A stretch of DNA of 64,000 nucleotides from an uncultured delta proteobacterium (GTDB taxonomy: Bacteria > Desulfobacterota > Desulfobacteria > Desulfobacterales > Desulfosalsimonadaceae). Numbering within the stretch: the first letter of the stretch is position 1; each line of letters begins with the position of its first letter. A program made the position numbers and the translations under genes. A model generated the notes under the pieces. The model was given only the letters and a program-made list of their open reading frames with translations, had not been told where the DNA came from and did no database searches. Below are positions 39,727-51,286 of the stretch, one piece after another. Where the stretch lies: NCBI GenBank assembly GCA_963826785.1, contig CAWGYD010000004.1:352001-416000 (forward strand), in the 5' to 3' direction.

Positions 39727-41621
39727 AAGAACACCGCCATTCCCACGATGAGAACCGCCCCCGCGGCAATTCCGAAGGCATAATGCCGCATTCTGCCGGA
39801 CTGGGTAAGGCTCAGGCCGGTAAAACCGTCTACGCTGACCCTGGCCATGGCCCGGTAGATAAAATCCACGGCATCGGCGCGGTTGATGCGGGAGAAATAC
39901 ACATAGGGGCGCACCAGCAGCCGATCGTAGATCCAGTCAAATCCCCATCCCGCAAACCACAGCTCCCGCCACAAGGTACCGATCTGCGAACGGGCGATCT
40001 GCGATGCGATCCGGGGCAGGCCCATGATGAAAACAAAGACGATAAAAATACCGCCCAAAGAGATCAGGGCCGAAAGGATGGCAAACCAGGCCTCGTATCC
40101 TTCCCATGCCGATGCCGCAAGGGTGCGGGGCAGCGAATTTTGCAGGAAGTCCGCCAGCAGGGGGAAATTTCCCAGCATGGGCGGCAGCTGGATGAACCCG
40201 CCGATGATCGACAGCAGGGCCAGCACGATCAGGGGGATTTTCATGATTATCCCCGGCCGTCTGCTTATCCGTGTTTTCGCCTCTCCGAAAAAGGTGAGGA
40301 CCACCATGCGAAACGTATACAGGGAAGTTAAAAAGGCGCCGAAAATGGCGGCCAGCCAGAACCAGACGGAACCCTGGGGGGATGACAGGGCGTTCCAGAT
40401 GATCTGGTCCTTGCTGTAAAACCCCGCCGTCACCAGCGGTACGGCCGCCAGTGCACCGCTTCCGGCCAGGAAGGTCCAGAAGGTGACCGGCAGCTGTCGC
40501 CGCAGCCCCCCCATTTTGAACATGTTGTGCTCATGATCCAGGCAATGGATGATGGATCCGGCGCCCAGAAAGAGCAGTGCCTTGAAAAAGGCGTGGATCA
40601 TGAAATGAAACACCGCCGCGCTCCAGGCGCCCACCCCCAGGGCTAAAAACATGTACCCGATCTGGCTGATGGTGGAATAGGCCAGCACCCGCTTGATGTC
40701 GATCTGGGCCAGTGCGGCAAAGCCCGCCAGGAGCAGGGTGAGGGCGCCTATGGCCGCTACCAGGATCATGACCGCCGGAGAGAGGGCAAACAGCACATGG
40801 GTGCGGGCGATGAGGTATACTCCGGCCGTCACCATGGTGGCGGCATGGATCAGCGCACTCACCGGCGTGGGGCCGGCCATGGCATCGGGGAGCCAGGTCT
40901 GCAGCGGGAACTGGGCGGATTTGCCCACGGCGCCGCCCAGCAGGAGCAGCGCCGCCGCGGTGGGATAGAAGGAGCCCGCCGGCCATACTGCCTGGGCCCG
41001 GTGCATGAGGTCCTGAATCTGCAGTGTCCCCAGCTGGGTAAACAGCAGAAACAGGCCGATGGCCATGGCCGTGTCCCCCACCCGGGTCACCACGAAGGCC
41101 TTTCTGGCCGCGTATCCGTTGGCCGGGTCCCTGTACCAGAAGCCGATGAGCAGGTAGCTGCACAGCCCCACCCCCTCCCACCCCAGGTAGAGCAGCACCA
41201 GGTTGTCCGCCAGCACCAGGACCAGCATGGAGCCGACAAACAGGTTCATGTAGGCGAAAAACCGGCTGTAGTCCTCGTCTTCGGCCATGAATTCGGTGGA
41301 GTAGAAAATGATCAGAAATCCCACCCCGGTGATCACCATCATCCAGACCAGGGAGACGGCGTCCAGATAAAAAGCGATGGCCGGATGGAAACCGCCGGCC
41401 TGCCACCAGGTCCACAGGTGCTGGGTGTAGTGCCAGTCCGGCGGCGGATGGGTGACAAAGCTTGCGCATATGGCCACGCTGATGGCGGCTGATACGCCCA
41501 CCGCCCCGGCACCCAGGACCGCCGCTGCGAAACGGGGCATCCGGGACCCGGCCAGCACCAGCAGCAATGCGGCGGCATAGGGCAGGGCAGGAACGATAAA
41601 CAGTAGGTCAAGCATGATCAT
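39723..41621 (-). CDS. nuoL: NADH-quinone oxidoreductase subunit L
   Basis: [56 protein letters not shown]. Confidence 0.96.
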   Translation of the reverse strand: MIMLDLLFIVPALPYAAALLLVLAGSRMPRFAAAVLGAGAVGVSAAISVAICASFVTHPPPDWHYTQHLWTWWQAGGFHPAIAFYLDAVSLVWMMVITGVGFLIIFYSTEFMAEDEDYSRFFAYMNLFVGSMLVLVLADNLVLLYLGWEGVGLCSYLLIGFWYRDPANGYAARKAFVVTRVGDTAMAIGLFLLFTQLGTLQIQDLMHRAQAVWPAGSFYPTAAALLLLGGAVGKSAQFPLQTWLPDAMAGPTPVSALIHAATMVTAGVYLIARTHVLFALSPAVMILVAAIGALTLLLAGFAALAQIDIKRVLAYSTISQIGYMFLALGVGAWSAAVFHFMIHAFFKALLFLGAGSIIHCLDHEHNMFKMGGLRRQLPVTFWTFLAGSGALAAVPLVTAGFYSKDQIIWNALSSPQGSVWFWLAAIFGAFLTSLYTFRMVVLTFFGEAKTRISRRPGIIMKIPLIVLALLSIIGGFIQLPPMLGNFPLLADFLQNSLPRTLAASAWEGYEAWFAILSALISLGGIFIVFVFIMGLPRIASQIARSQIGTLWRELWFAGWGFDWIYDRLLVRPYVYFSRINRADAVDFIYRAMARVSVDGFTGLSLTQSGRMRHYAFGIAAGAVLIVGMAVFL

Positions 41622-41926
41622 CCCCGCATTTCACTGGCCTGGTCGGAATCCAGTGTCCCCAGGTGGTGATACATGGCCAGGATCAGGGCCAGCCCCACCG
41701 AGACTTCCGCCGCGGCCATGGCTAAAATGAATAGAAACATGATCTGTCCGTCGGGCTCCCCCCATCGGGCGCCCGCAGTGATGAAGGCCAGCCCGGCGGC
41801 ATTGAGCATGATCTCGATGGACAGGAGCATGAAGATGATGTTGCGCCGGGCCAGAAGACCTGCAAGCCCCAGCACGAACAGGATCGCCGCCAGGATGAGT
41901 CCGGGGAAAAGCGGGTTGACCACCAT
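41618..41926 (-). CDS. nuoK: NADH-quinone oxidoreductase subunit K
   Basis: RRN...[18 protein letters not shown]. Confidence 0.95.
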   Translation of the reverse strand: MVVNPLFPGLILAAILFVLGLAGLLARRNIIFMLLSIEIMLNAAGLAFITAGARWGEPDGQIMFLFILAMAAAEVSVGLALILAMYHHLGTLDSDQASEMRG

Positions 41927-42449
41927 TATTCCCCTCCTTTAGCAGTGACGGCCGGGGTGTTGCGCCGCCCCAGGTGCCAGGCCCCGATCAGGCCGGCCAG
42001 GAGCAGCATGGATGCGAGTTCGACTCCCAGCAGGTAAGGCCCGAACAGTGCATTCCCCACCGTTCTCGGGGAGACCATCTGCGCCTCGCCCATGACCGGG
42101 ATTCCCCCCAGGCTGCGCGGACCAGCTCGGCCAGCAGCACCGCACAGAGCAGTGACGGCCCGATCCAGATGCGCGGACTGAGCAGCGCGCTTTCCTGAGA
42201 GGGCGCTTTTGCACCGGCCTGCACCATCATGATCACGAAAACAAACAGCACCATGATGGCGCCGGCATAGATGATCACCTCCAGCGCGGCGATATAGGGC
42301 GCGCCCAGCACGTAGAAAATGACCGCCACCGCCAGCAGCGAAACGATCAGGTACAGCAGGGCATGCACCGCGTTCTTCCGGGTGATCACCATGATGGTGG
42401 CCAGCACCGCCACGGCCGCCGAAATATGAAAGGTCACGTTCATTCCCAT
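41926..42449 (-). CDS. nuoJ: NADH-quinone oxidoreductase subunit J (frameshift at 42104-42109)
   Basis: [16 protein letters not shown]. Adding one G to the G6 run restores ...[26 protein letters not shown]... ending in a TAA that overlaps the nuoK ATG. Confidence 0.9.
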
Positions 42450-42483
42450 TTTTTTTCCCCGTAACGCGTCATTCCCATTTTAC

Positions 42484-42999
42484 CTAAGGGAGGAGGCTGT
42501 ATACATCCACCGGCGGGTTTTCGTTTTCCGCCTCTCCCTTGTCCTTCCCGCCGACGGCCAGCCCCGCCACCTTGTAAAAGTTGTAATCCGGGTATTTTCC
42601 CGGTCCGCTGATCATCAGGTCTTTTTTTTCGTACACCATGTTCTGCCGGACATATTCGCAGTATTCGAAATCCGGCGTCAGCTGGATGGCATAGGTGGGG
42701 CAGGCCTCCTCACAGTAGCCGCACAGGATGCAGCGGGAAAAATTGATCCGGAAAAAAGCCGGATACCGGCGTCCCGATTCATCTTCTGCGGCCTGCAGGG
42801 CGATGCAGTCCACCGGACAGGCTACCGCGCACAGGTAGCAGGCCACGCAGCGCTCCTTGCCGTCCGGGTCGCACGAAAGGATGATGCGGCCCCTGAAGCG
42901 CGGCGGCAGGTAAATCTTTTCATCCGGATACTGCACCGTCACCCGTTTCCGGAAGGTGTGCCGCAGGATGACCCAGATCGATTCAAGTATGGAGATCAA
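42484..42999 (-). CDS. nuoI: NADH-quinone oxidoreductase subunit I
   Basis: [32 protein letters not shown] start. Confidence 0.95.
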   Translation of the reverse strand: MISILESIWVILRHTFRKRVTVQYPDEKIYLPPRFRGRIILSCDPDGKERCVACYLCAVACPVDCIALQAAEDESGRRYPAFFRINFSRCILCGYCEEACPTYAIQLTPDFEYCEYVRQNMVYEKKDLMISGPGKYPDYNFYKVAGLAVGGKDKGEAENENPPVDVYSLLP

Positions 43000-43014
43000 A
43001 GCAAACCCCTAATC

Positions 43015-43160
43015 AGTGCCTGAACGGAAAGTGCAGATTTTGGTTCAAGACAAGGCCGCCGGAATTTTTTGACCGCAGGCGTAGTGTGGCTACGTTGAGG
43101 ATCAAAAAATTCCAAAGAACGCAGTATTGGGCCAAAAGATGTGCTTTCCGTTCTGGCACT
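43015..43160. repeat. ~146-bp palindromic interspersed element (MITE/REP-like), copy A
   Basis: Terminal IR AGTGCCTGAACGGAAAG/CTTTCCGTTCTGGCACT; inner IR GGAATTTTTTGA/TCAAAAAATTCC; apical CGTAG/CTACG. Related to 51287-51431. Confidence 0.8.
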
Positions 43161-44112
43161 ATCTGAATGCCAGCAGTACGCCGGCGGTTCCCACCAGGTT
43201 CAACAGGCTCACCGGCAGCAGGATTTTCCAGGCCACCGCCATGAGCTGATCATAGCGGGGCCGGGGCAATGCCGCCCGCATCAGGATAAAGCCGCACGCA
43301 AACACGAACATCTTGATCAGAAACCAGACGACCGGCGGCAGAAAAGGGCCCAGCCATCCGCCGAAGAACATCGTGGTGATCAGGCACGAGATCAGCAGGA
43401 TGCTCAAATATTCGCCCACGAAGAAAAGCCCGAATTTCATTCCCGAATACTCGGTGTGGTAGCCGGCCACCAGCTCGCTTTCCGCCTCGGGAAGATCGAA
43501 GGGAAGCCGGTGGGATTCGGCCAGGCCGGCAATCAAAAAGGGCACCATGCCGAGAAACTGGGGGCCGCAGAACCACATCCCCTTCTGGGCCTCCACGATT
43601 TCGACCAGGTTGAAGGAGCCGGTCATCATCACCACTCCCATGAGGGACAGGCCCATGAACACCTCGTAGCTGAGCAGCTGGGCAGCGGCCCGCACCCCGC
43701 CCAGCAGGGAATATTTGCTGTGCGACGCCCATCCTCCCAGGATCACGCTGTAGACGCCCAGGGAGAACATGGCCAGGAAGAAGAGCACCCCGATGTTGAG
43801 ATTGGTGATGAAAATGTCCTGGGCAAAAGGCACCACGGCAAAGGAGAGCAGAACGGTCATCAGCAGTATGGCCGGCGCCGCGATAAACACCATCCGGTCC
43901 GCAAAAGGCGGGACCCAGTCCTCCTTGAAAAAGATCTTGAGCATGTCCGCCACCACCTGAAGAAGGCCGAAAGGCCCCACCCGGTTGGGTCCGTACCGGT
44001 CCTGCCACACCCCCAGCAGGCGCCGCTCCACCCAGATCATCATGGCGCTTCCCGTCAGGGCGAAGATCAGGACCCCGAATACGATCAGCAGGTGACGCAG
44101 TATTTCAGGCAT
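43159..44112 (-). CDS. nuoH: NADH-quinone oxidoreductase subunit H
   Basis: ERR...QDRYGPNRVG, KED, SYE, RLPFDLPEAESELVAGYHTEYSG, PRPRYDQ; start at MPEIL (44112). Confidence 0.96.
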   Translation of the reverse strand: MPEILRHLLIVFGVLIFALTGSAMMIWVERRLLGVWQDRYGPNRVGPFGLLQVVADMLKIFFKEDWVPPFADRMVFIAAPAILLMTVLLSFAVVPFAQDIFITNLNIGVLFFLAMFSLGVYSVILGGWASHSKYSLLGGVRAAAQLLSYEVFMGLSLMGVVMMTGSFNLVEIVEAQKGMWFCGPQFLGMVPFLIAGLAESHRLPFDLPEAESELVAGYHTEYSGMKFGLFFVGEYLSILLISCLITTMFFGGWLGPFLPPVVWFLIKMFVFACGFILMRAALPRPRYDQLMAVAWKILLPVSLLNLVGTAGVLLAFR

Positions 44113-46834
44113 GATCTTTCCTCCTTTGGATCGAGACCACCTCCCGCTTAAAAGCCCCCTGGCGTTTTGTGAGCCCGACCGGAAGCCCGGCGGTTTGGGC
44201 TGCAAGGCCGGGCATGATCCGCACCGGCAGGTCCAGCACCGTTTCTCCCAGTGTGACGCTCACCATGTCTTCGGCCTCGATTCCCATAGACGCCGCATCC
44301 TCGGGGGAAAGCGCCAGATAGGGGGCCGGAGCCCGGGCTGCGATACCGGGTGCATGCATGCTCAGTTCTTCCGAGCCGAATACGTGGTGGATGGGGACCA
44401 GGTGCCGCTGATTCTCCCCCAGTTTCCGGATCGGCGGGATATTTGAAAAATATGCGCCTTTTTCTTCCGGGGAGCTCTTGAGCAACTTGTTTCCCGCGCT
44501 TCCGCCGCGCAGGGGCCCGGCGATTTCCTCCTGGAATTTTTTGAGCGACTGCACCGAATTCCATCCGGGCCACCAGAACCGGGGGATCAGGGCGGCCGGG
44601 GGGAGGGGCGCTTCGTGTCCTTCCATGGAAAAGACCAGGGGCGCATCACGGTCATTTGCCGGCGGAAATTCATGGACGTTGACATTTGCGTGCATGGCGG
44701 TCCGGCCGCTGTAGCGATGACTCTGGCGCGGGACTTTGCGGCCCACGATGCGAAAGGCTGCATCCGGCGCTGCTTTTGCCGGATCGGCCCCCTCCGGCAG
44801 GGATGCGGTCATGGCGGCCAGCACATCATCGATTGTCTGCCATTTCCCGACCGGGAGCCGGCCCGCGGCAGAGGCCATATCCCGAATCCAGCGCCAGCTG
44901 TCGCGCACGCCGTTGCTGGGGGCATATACCTGGAAATACCGCTGGGCACGGCCTTCATTGTTGACCAGTGTGCCGGTCGACTCGGCGAAAACCGTTGCCG
45001 GAAGCACCAGATCCGCCCGTTTGGTGGTGGCGTGCGCCAGGTGGTCCAGGCAGATGACATGCCGGGCGGCGGCCAGGATTTTTTCGGCCCGATCCGCATC
45101 GATCCGGTCGAACAGATCATTTTCCAGGATGACCAGCGTGTCGGCCTGCCCGTTTTGAAGGGCGTCAAGGGCGCTGTCCAGCCCCCCCCGCCCTCCCAGA
45201 AGCCCCAGTCCCAGGCTGTTGCACTCGTCAAAAGTGTAAAGCAGCCGTGCATCCAAACCCGCGGCATGCAGCGCCAAGGCGACATCGGCGGCGGCTTCCA
45301 GCAGGGGAAGGCTGCCATACCCGGTTCCTGAAATCACCATGGGGCGCCTGGCCTTGCCGAGGCCCTCGGCAATGGAGGCGGCCGAATCCCGCAGGTCATC
45401 GGGCAGGCCTTCTACCGGAGGGGCCGACGGATCCAGGAGGGAGGCCACCTGCGATCCCAGGCGCGCCATGTTGTCGCGGTCGGTGCAGCAGACGCGCTTG
45501 GCCACGTTATCCAGGCGGGTGGGATAGGCCGTGGCGATATATAAGGTTTCCTTTTCATATTGGGCGACTTCCCGGAGGCCGGCGTCGTCCCATGCCGGTA
45601 TCCGGGTGCTGCGGGCGATCCGGGCCGCCTGGAGGTGGATGAGCTGGCGCAGTTTCAATGCCAGGATGGGGGCGGTGTCGGAAACATTTTCTCCCAGCAC
45701 GAATACCGCATCCGATTCGGCGGCTTCCCGAAGCGATCCCACTGGAACGGGGCTCTTTGCGAGAATGTCTGCGGCCCGGTGCAGGATCTGCCAGTCCGGT
45801 TCGGACAACCCGGCAAAAAAATGATCGGCCCCGGCAAGGGCCTTTAGCATGAAATTGGACTCAAGGGAGGCCCGGGGCGATCCGATGCAGATAACCGACC
45901 GGGCGTTTTTTATCATGGCGGCGGCCATGGCCAGGGCGATGTCTTTATCGATCGGCTGCAAAGGCGCCTTTTTTTGCACGCGGCGCATGGGCTGGCGGAT
46001 CCGCTTTTCGCTGTTGACGAATTCATAGCCGTAGCGGCCCCGGTCGCACAGAAAGTAGCCGTTGATATCGTGGTGGTAGCGGTTGCGGATGCGCCGCAGT
46101 TCACCGTAGCGTTCGCCGGGGATGGTGTTGCACCCCAGGCTGCAGTGGACGCAGACCGAGGGGGCGGTCTGAAGGTCCCATTTTCGGGTGTAATGGCGCT
46201 TTAAGGTCTTGTCGGTGAACACCCCGGTGGGGCAGACCTCCACCAGGTTTCCGGAAAACTCGTTTTCCAGGGTGCCGCTTCCGGACCGGCCGAAAAAAAC
46301 GTGATCATGGCAGCCAAAGGCGTTGAGATCCCGGCCGCCGGCATAATCGCGGTAAAAACGGACACAGCGGTAGCACTGGATGCAGCGGTTCATCTCGTGG
46401 TTGATGAAGGGGCCCAGATCCTGGTTGCGATAGGTGCGTTTGTTGAAGCGGTAGTGCCGGTAGTTGTGGCCGGTCATCACCGTCATGTCCTGGAGATGGC
46501 ATTCCCCCCCTTCGTCGCAGACCGGGCAGTCATGGGGGTGGTTGACCATCAGCCACTCGATAATGCTGGCCCGGAACTGCCGGACCTCTTCGTCGTCAAT
46601 GGAAATCCGGGTGCCGTCTTCGGCCGGAGTCATGCAGGACATGACGATGCGGCCCTTCTTGTCGTCTTCATCCTTGAACTGCTTGACCGCGCACTGGCGG
46701 CAGGCCCCCACCGACCCCATGGCCGGATGCCAGCAGAAATACGGGATGTCAAAGCCCAGGGAAAGGCAGGCATTGAGCAGGTTCTGGCCTTCCTTCACCT
46801 CGTAGGGTTTGTCATCGATGTAGATGGTCGGCAT
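44105..46834 (-). CDS. nuoG: NADH-quinone oxidoreductase subunit G (long, E. coli-like, with N7 cysteines)
   Basis: FCWH..GACRQC, HPHDCPVCDEGGEC, CIQCYRC, VCPTG, CVHCSLGC...CDRGR. Confidence 0.95.
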   Translation of the reverse strand: MPTIYIDDKPYEVKEGQNLLNACLSLGFDIPYFCWHPAMGSVGACRQCAVKQFKDEDDKKGRIVMSCMTPAEDGTRISIDDEEVRQFRASIIEWLMVNHPHDCPVCDEGGECHLQDMTVMTGHNYRHYRFNKRTYRNQDLGPFINHEMNRCIQCYRCVRFYRDYAGGRDLNAFGCHDHVFFGRSGSGTLENEFSGNLVEVCPTGVFTDKTLKRHYTRKWDLQTAPSVCVHCSLGCNTIPGERYGELRRIRNRYHHDINGYFLCDRGRYGYEFVNSEKRIRQPMRRVQKKAPLQPIDKDIALAMAAAMIKNARSVICIGSPRASLESNFMLKALAGADHFFAGLSEPDWQILHRAADILAKSPVPVGSLREAAESDAVFVLGENVSDTAPILALKLRQLIHLQAARIARSTRIPAWDDAGLREVAQYEKETLYIATAYPTRLDNVAKRVCCTDRDNMARLGSQVASLLDPSAPPVEGLPDDLRDSAASIAEGLGKARRPMVISGTGYGSLPLLEAAADVALALHAAGLDARLLYTFDECNSLGLGLLGGRGGLDSALDALQNGQADTLVILENDLFDRIDADRAEKILAAARHVICLDHLAHATTKRADLVLPATVFAESTGTLVNNEGRAQRYFQVYAPSNGVRDSWRWIRDMASAAGRLPVGKWQTIDDVLAAMTASLPEGADPAKAAPDAAFRIVGRKVPRQSHRYSGRTAMHANVNVHEFPPANDRDAPLVFSMEGHEAPLPPAALIPRFWWPGWNSVQSLKKFQEEIAGPLRGGSAGNKLLKSSPEEKGAYFSNIPPIRKLGENQRHLVPIHHVFGSEELSMHAPGIAARAPAPYLALSPEDAASMGIEAEDMVSVTLGETVLDLPVRIMPGLAAQTAGLPVGLTKRQGAFKREVVSIQRRKDHA

Positions 46835-46848
46835 CGGTTATCTCCGGT

Positions 46849-48123
46849 TTATTGAAAAGGGCAGCGCTGATCTCGGATATGGGCCCAAAAATCGTCTTCG
46901 AAGAATTTCAGAGCGCTCTGCAGCGGCTCCATGGCCCCCGGGGCCAGCATGCAGAAGGTGTGTCCCGGCCCCAACAGCTTCGTGTGCCGGCGCAGCATGT
47001 CCATGTCCTCGGGCCGCCCCTGGCCGTTTTCAATGGCGTTAAGCACCTTTGCGATCCAGGGAAGCCCTTCCCGGCAGGGGGTGCACCAGCCGCAGGACTC
47101 CTGGGCGAAAAATTTCATCAGGTTGTGCACCATTCCCACCGGACAGGTCCTGTCGTCTAAAATCACCATGGTGCCGGTCCCCATCCGGCTGCCCGCCTTC
47201 TGGGTGGCGTCGAAATCCATCTGCACGTCCAGGTGCTCCTCCACCAGGAATTCGGTGGACCCCCCGCCCGGGATGACCCCCCTGAATTTGTAGCCGTCCT
47301 GCATGCCGCCCGCATGCTCCTCGATGAGTTCCCGTATGGTCACCCCCATGGGAAGCTCCCACCCGCCGGGTTTTTTGACCCGTCCGCTGGCCCCGAAAAG
47401 CTTGGTGCCGCCGTTGGCCGTGCGGCTGAGTCCGCGGAACCAGTCCGAACCGTTCATGACAATGTGGGGGACATTGCAGAGGGTCTCCACGTTGTTGGTC
47501 ACCGTGGGTTTTCCCCACAGACCCACCACCGGCGGGAAGGGCGGCTTGTTGCGGGGAATCGCCCGTTTTCCTTCCAGAGAATTGAGCAGGGCGGTCTCTT
47601 CGCCGCAGATATAGCGCCCGGCGCTGATATGAAGATAAAGCTCCAGGCTGCGCCCCGAACCCAGGATGTTTTTCCCCAGGTAATTTGCGCGATAGGCTTC
47701 GGCGATCGCTTTTTTAAGATACCGGGCGGCCTTCACATAGGCGTGGCGCAGGAAAATATAGGCGATATCGGCCTCGACGGCATACGCGGCAAGGATGATC
47801 CCTTCGATGAGCTGGTGGGGATTTCCTTCCAAAAGAATCCGGTCCTTGAAGGTGCCGGGTTCCATTTCATCGGCGTTGACCACCACGTACTTGGGGTGGA
47901 CCGCGTCCTTTCCCATGGGAACGAAGCTCCATTTGCTCCCGGTGGGAAATCCGGCGCCCCCCCGGCCCCGCAGGTGGGAGTCTTTCACCACCGAGGTGAC
48001 TTCGCCGGGGGCCATGCTGCCAAGTGCCTTTCGCAGTGCCTGGTATCCCCCGGTCTTTTCATAGGCGGACAAATCGAGGGGTTGGCCATCGGGCCGGATA
48101 TGTCGGGTGAGCGGCTGTTCCAT
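46849..48123 (-). CDS. nuoF: NADH-quinone oxidoreductase subunit F
   Basis: GRGGAGF, NADEMEPG, YICGEETAL, ESCGWCTPCREG. Confidence 0.96.
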   Translation of the reverse strand: MEQPLTRHIRPDGQPLDLSAYEKTGGYQALRKALGSMAPGEVTSVVKDSHLRGRGGAGFPTGSKWSFVPMGKDAVHPKYVVVNADEMEPGTFKDRILLEGNPHQLIEGIILAAYAVEADIAYIFLRHAYVKAARYLKKAIAEAYRANYLGKNILGSGRSLELYLHISAGRYICGEETALLNSLEGKRAIPRNKPPFPPVVGLWGKPTVTNNVETLCNVPHIVMNGSDWFRGLSRTANGGTKLFGASGRVKKPGGWELPMGVTIRELIEEHAGGMQDGYKFRGVIPGGGSTEFLVEEHLDVQMDFDATQKAGSRMGTGTMVILDDRTCPVGMVHNLMKFFAQESCGWCTPCREGLPWIAKVLNAIENGQGRPEDMDMLRRHTKLLGPGHTFCMLAPGAMEPLQSALKFFEDDFWAHIRDQRCPFQ

Positions 48124-48137
48124 GAAATCATTTCCCT

Positions 48138-48602
48138 TTACGCATAAGATGCCAGAATATCATCGACTTTAGATGCATCCGCGTCCTCGTACAGGTCTTC
48201 ATCGATCATCAGGGCGGGCGCGTGATGGCAGATGCCCAGGCAGACGTGGGGGAGCAGGGTGAAGCGGCCGTCTTTCGTTGTTTCACCCAGGCCGATCTGC
48301 AGCCGTTTCTTTAACGCATTCAGCAGCTCTTCATATCCCATGACCCAGCAGGCGATGCTGTCGCAGACGAATATCACGTGGCGGCCCACGGGCCTCCTGA
48401 AGATGCGGTTGTAGAAGGTCGCCACCCCGTCGAGCTCCTCGCAGGACATGTCCAGAAAGTTCGCCACCGCCTCGAGCAGTTCGTCTGAAACCCAACCATT
48501 TCGCCGCTGGACGATCTTCAAGGCATCGATGCCGGCTGCGGATTTGTGTTCGTAGTGGGAAATTTCCTTTTCGATTTCCGCGATTTCTTCTTGGGTCAAC
48601 AT
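48138..48602 (-). CDS. nuoE: NADH-quinone oxidoreductase subunit E
   Basis: GVATFY, VCDSIAC, CLGIC; start at MLTQEE (48602). Confidence 0.94.
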   Translation of the reverse strand: MLTQEEIAEIEKEISHYEHKSAAGIDALKIVQRRNGWVSDELLEAVANFLDMSCEELDGVATFYNRIFRRPVGRHVIFVCDSIACWVMGYEELLNALKKRLQIGLGETTKDGRFTLLPHVCLGICHHAPALMIDEDLYEDADASKVDDILASYA

Positions 48603-48631
48603 GCATCCATCCTGTTTCAAATAATGATCCT

Positions 48632-50383
48632 TCAGCGGTCCACGTCCGCCATGACAAAATCGATACTGCCGAGAATCGAGATCACGTCGGGCACCATCAA
48701 CCCCCGGCACAGCAGGGGCAGGGTCTGGAGGTGGGCGAAGGAGGGGGTCCGGATCCGGGTCCGGTAGGAATGGATTCCCCCGTCGCTCACCAGGAAATAT
48801 CCGTTCCACCCCTTGGTGGCCTCGATGAACACCATTGCCTCTCCCGGAGGGATCACCGGTCCCCAGCTCACCGCCAGGAAGTGGGTAATCAGGGTCTCAA
48901 TATCATGCAGGGTCCGTCCCTTTTCAGGCGGGACCGCCAGGGGGTGATCCGACTTGTAAGGCCCTTCGGGCATGTTTTTCAGGCACTGGGCGATGATGCG
49001 AAGGCTCTGCCGGATTTCCTCGGACCGCATCACCGCCCGGTCATAGCAGTCCCCGTGCGTTCCGGTGGGGATATCGAACTCGAACTGATCGTAGCCGGAA
49101 TAGGGCCGCTTTTTCCGCAGGTCCCAGCCCACGCCGCAGGCCCTCAGGTTGGGGCCGGTCACGCCCCAGTCGACAGCCTCTTCCGGAGTGTAGCCGCCGA
49201 TGTCACGCGTCCGGCTTTTAAAAATCCGGTTTTTGAGCACCAGTTTTTCATACTCCCCTATTTTTCCGGACATGTAGTCGAGAAATTCACGGACCATCCG
49301 ATCCCATCCCCGGGGCAGGTTCTGGGCCACTCCGCCGATGCGGAACCAGCTCGGGTGCATCCGCCCGCCGGTAATGGCCATGACGATATCCAAAAGACGC
49401 TCACGGTCGTTGAACATATAAAAAACCGGCGACATCATCCCCACATCCTGGGCAAACGTCCCGTAGTAGACCAGGTGGCTGGAAATCCGGAACAGCTCCA
49501 CCATCATCACCCGGATCACCTTGACCCGATCGGGCACATCGATGCCGGCCAGCTTTTCCACCGTGAGCACATAGGGGAGGTTGTTCATCACCCCGCCCAG
49601 GTAGTCGATGCGGTCGGTATAGGGGATGTAGGTGTGCCAGGTCTGGCGCTCCCCCATTTTTTCCGCGCCCCGGTGGTGAAAACCGATTTCGGGGACCAGG
49701 TCCACGATCTCTTCCCCGTCGAGCTGCAGCACCACCCTGAATACGCCGTGGGTTCCGGGATGCTGCGGGCCCATGTTGAGGAAGATCAGGTCCGTGTCCT
49801 CGCCCCGGCGCTTCATGCCCCACTGCTCCGGTTCAAATCGCATGGCCGCTTCCTCGGCCGCCTGTTTTCCTGGCGGCATCTGGAAAAAGCCCATTTCGGT
49901 GGCCCGGGCCGGGTGCTCCTTGCGCAGGGGATGCCCCTCCCAGGTGTTCGGCATCAGGATGCGCCGCAGCCGGGGATGGCCGAAAAATTCAATGCCGAAC
50001 ATGTCCCAGGCTTCCCGTTCGTACCACTCCGCATTGGGCCACAGGTCGGTGATGGTGGGAAGACCGGGATATTCGTCCGTCAGGGGCACCTTGATGCGGA
50101 TGTCCGCGTTGCGGTCAAGCGAGATCAGATAGTAGATCACCGTGAAGGTGCTTGCCGGCTGGTGTGCCCGGTGCATCCGCATCCGCTCGTCGATGGCACT
50201 CAGGTCGAACAGCATGCAAAACGGGTCCCGCAGCCCGGTCTTCAAAAAGCGCAGCACCTCGTGTACGGCATCCGGCGATATCCACAGGGTGGGCACATCG
50301 TCCTTGACCGGCTGCACCGTAAGAATGGACTCAAAAAACCGGTCTTTGAGTTCTGCTATGACATCGGGAGCGTTCGCCGACAT
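48632..50383 (-). CDS. nuoCD: NADH-quinone oxidoreductase fused subunit C/D
   Basis: [11 protein letters not shown]...GHPLRK (C part) fused to [23 protein letters not shown] and DVDR (D part). Confidence 0.96.
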   Translation of the reverse strand: MSANAPDVIAELKDRFFESILTVQPVKDDVPTLWISPDAVHEVLRFLKTGLRDPFCMLFDLSAIDERMRMHRAHQPASTFTVIYYLISLDRNADIRIKVPLTDEYPGLPTITDLWPNAEWYEREAWDMFGIEFFGHPRLRRILMPNTWEGHPLRKEHPARATEMGFFQMPPGKQAAEEAAMRFEPEQWGMKRRGEDTDLIFLNMGPQHPGTHGVFRVVLQLDGEEIVDLVPEIGFHHRGAEKMGERQTWHTYIPYTDRIDYLGGVMNNLPYVLTVEKLAGIDVPDRVKVIRVMMVELFRISSHLVYYGTFAQDVGMMSPVFYMFNDRERLLDIVMAITGGRMHPSWFRIGGVAQNLPRGWDRMVREFLDYMSGKIGEYEKLVLKNRIFKSRTRDIGGYTPEEAVDWGVTGPNLRACGVGWDLRKKRPYSGYDQFEFDIPTGTHGDCYDRAVMRSEEIRQSLRIIAQCLKNMPEGPYKSDHPLAVPPEKGRTLHDIETLITHFLAVSWGPVIPPGEAMVFIEATKGWNGYFLVSDGGIHSYRTRIRTPSFAHLQTLPLLCRGLMVPDVISILGSIDFVMADVDR

Positions 50384-50581
50384 GCCCTAACACCCCCCTT
50401 GATCCCCCCCCAAGGGGGGAATAAAAAAGTGGGCACCAGAAATATCTTTTTTCAATCCCCCCCTGATGAGGCAACAAAAGCCGCCCATCCTGCCGGAAAA
50501 ACAATGGAAACCGTTTTTTTTTGCCGCGCTGCATCTATCGGTGTGCAATGACCTGAGCCTTTTCATGGGATTCATCTTGTT

Positions 50582-51220
50582 TCAAACCTCGTCCGGCGGC
50601 CGCAGCAGCGTGGCTTCCCGGCGTCTTTCCCGGGCCTCGTCGCGCATCGAGGGCGCCGGCTCCTTGTAGATTTCCTGGGGACCGACCATGTAGCTCAGCG
50701 GCCGCCTTTCGCTTCCCACCGCTTTCTGCAGCAGTCCCAACCCCTGCATGAAGGCGCCGGGGCTGGGGGGGCACCCCGGGACGTAGACATCCACCGGCAG
50801 GATCTTGTCCACGCCCTGAATCACGGAATAGATGTCGTACATGCCGCCGGAATTGGCGCAGGACCCCATGGAAATCACCCATTTGGGTTCCATCATCTGT
50901 TCATAGAGCCGCAGGATCAGGGGGGCGCATTTGAGAAAGGGAGTTCCTGCAATGACCATCAGGTCCGCTTCCCGGGGAGATGCCCGGATGACCTCGGCCC
51001 CGAACCGGGCGATGTCGTACTTGCTGGTCAGGCTGGTGGCCATTTCCACATAGCAGCACGACAGTCCGAAATTAAACGGCCACAGCGAGTTCTTCCGGCC
51101 CCAGCTGACCAGCCGCTCAAGCGTTGAAAGGACCACGCTGCGCCGCATGGCATCTTCCAGCGGGTCGGTCTGCTGTCCGGGGATCTCCAGTTTCCCCCGG
51201 GAATTTTTTAACCACCGCAT
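50582..51220 (-). CDS. nuoB: NADH-quinone oxidoreductase subunit B
   Basis: [30 protein letters not shown]. Confidence 0.96.
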   Translation of the reverse strand: MRWLKNSRGKLEIPGQQTDPLEDAMRRSVVLSTLERLVSWGRKNSLWPFNFGLSCCYVEMATSLTSKYDIARFGAEVIRASPREADLMVIAGTPFLKCAPLILRLYEQMMEPKWVISMGSCANSGGMYDIYSVIQGVDKILPVDVYVPGCPPSPGAFMQGLGLLQKAVGSERRPLSYMVGPQEIYKEPAPSMRDEARERRREATLLRPPDEV

Positions 51221-51286
51221 ATTAAAATCGCCGAAATCTATGTGTTATTTGAAAAGGGTCAATACGGATTCATCAATACAATACTC

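Noticed and set aside
42436..42481. Duplicated AAAATGGGAATGA at the nuoJ start (minus strand)
   Set aside because: A small local duplication; the upstream ATG is out of frame and no function is evident.
48731..50551. Long antisense ORFs (606 aa here; also 22188-23909, 23767-25686, 16214-17461, 54186-55133)
   Set aside because: They are shadow frames opposite well-supported genes, expected in high-GC DNA, and show no recognisable motifs.
50387..50575. 62-aa ORF between nuoB and nuoCD
   Set aside because: No recognisable motif and it runs through low-complexity palindromic sequence; it cannot be supported as a gene.
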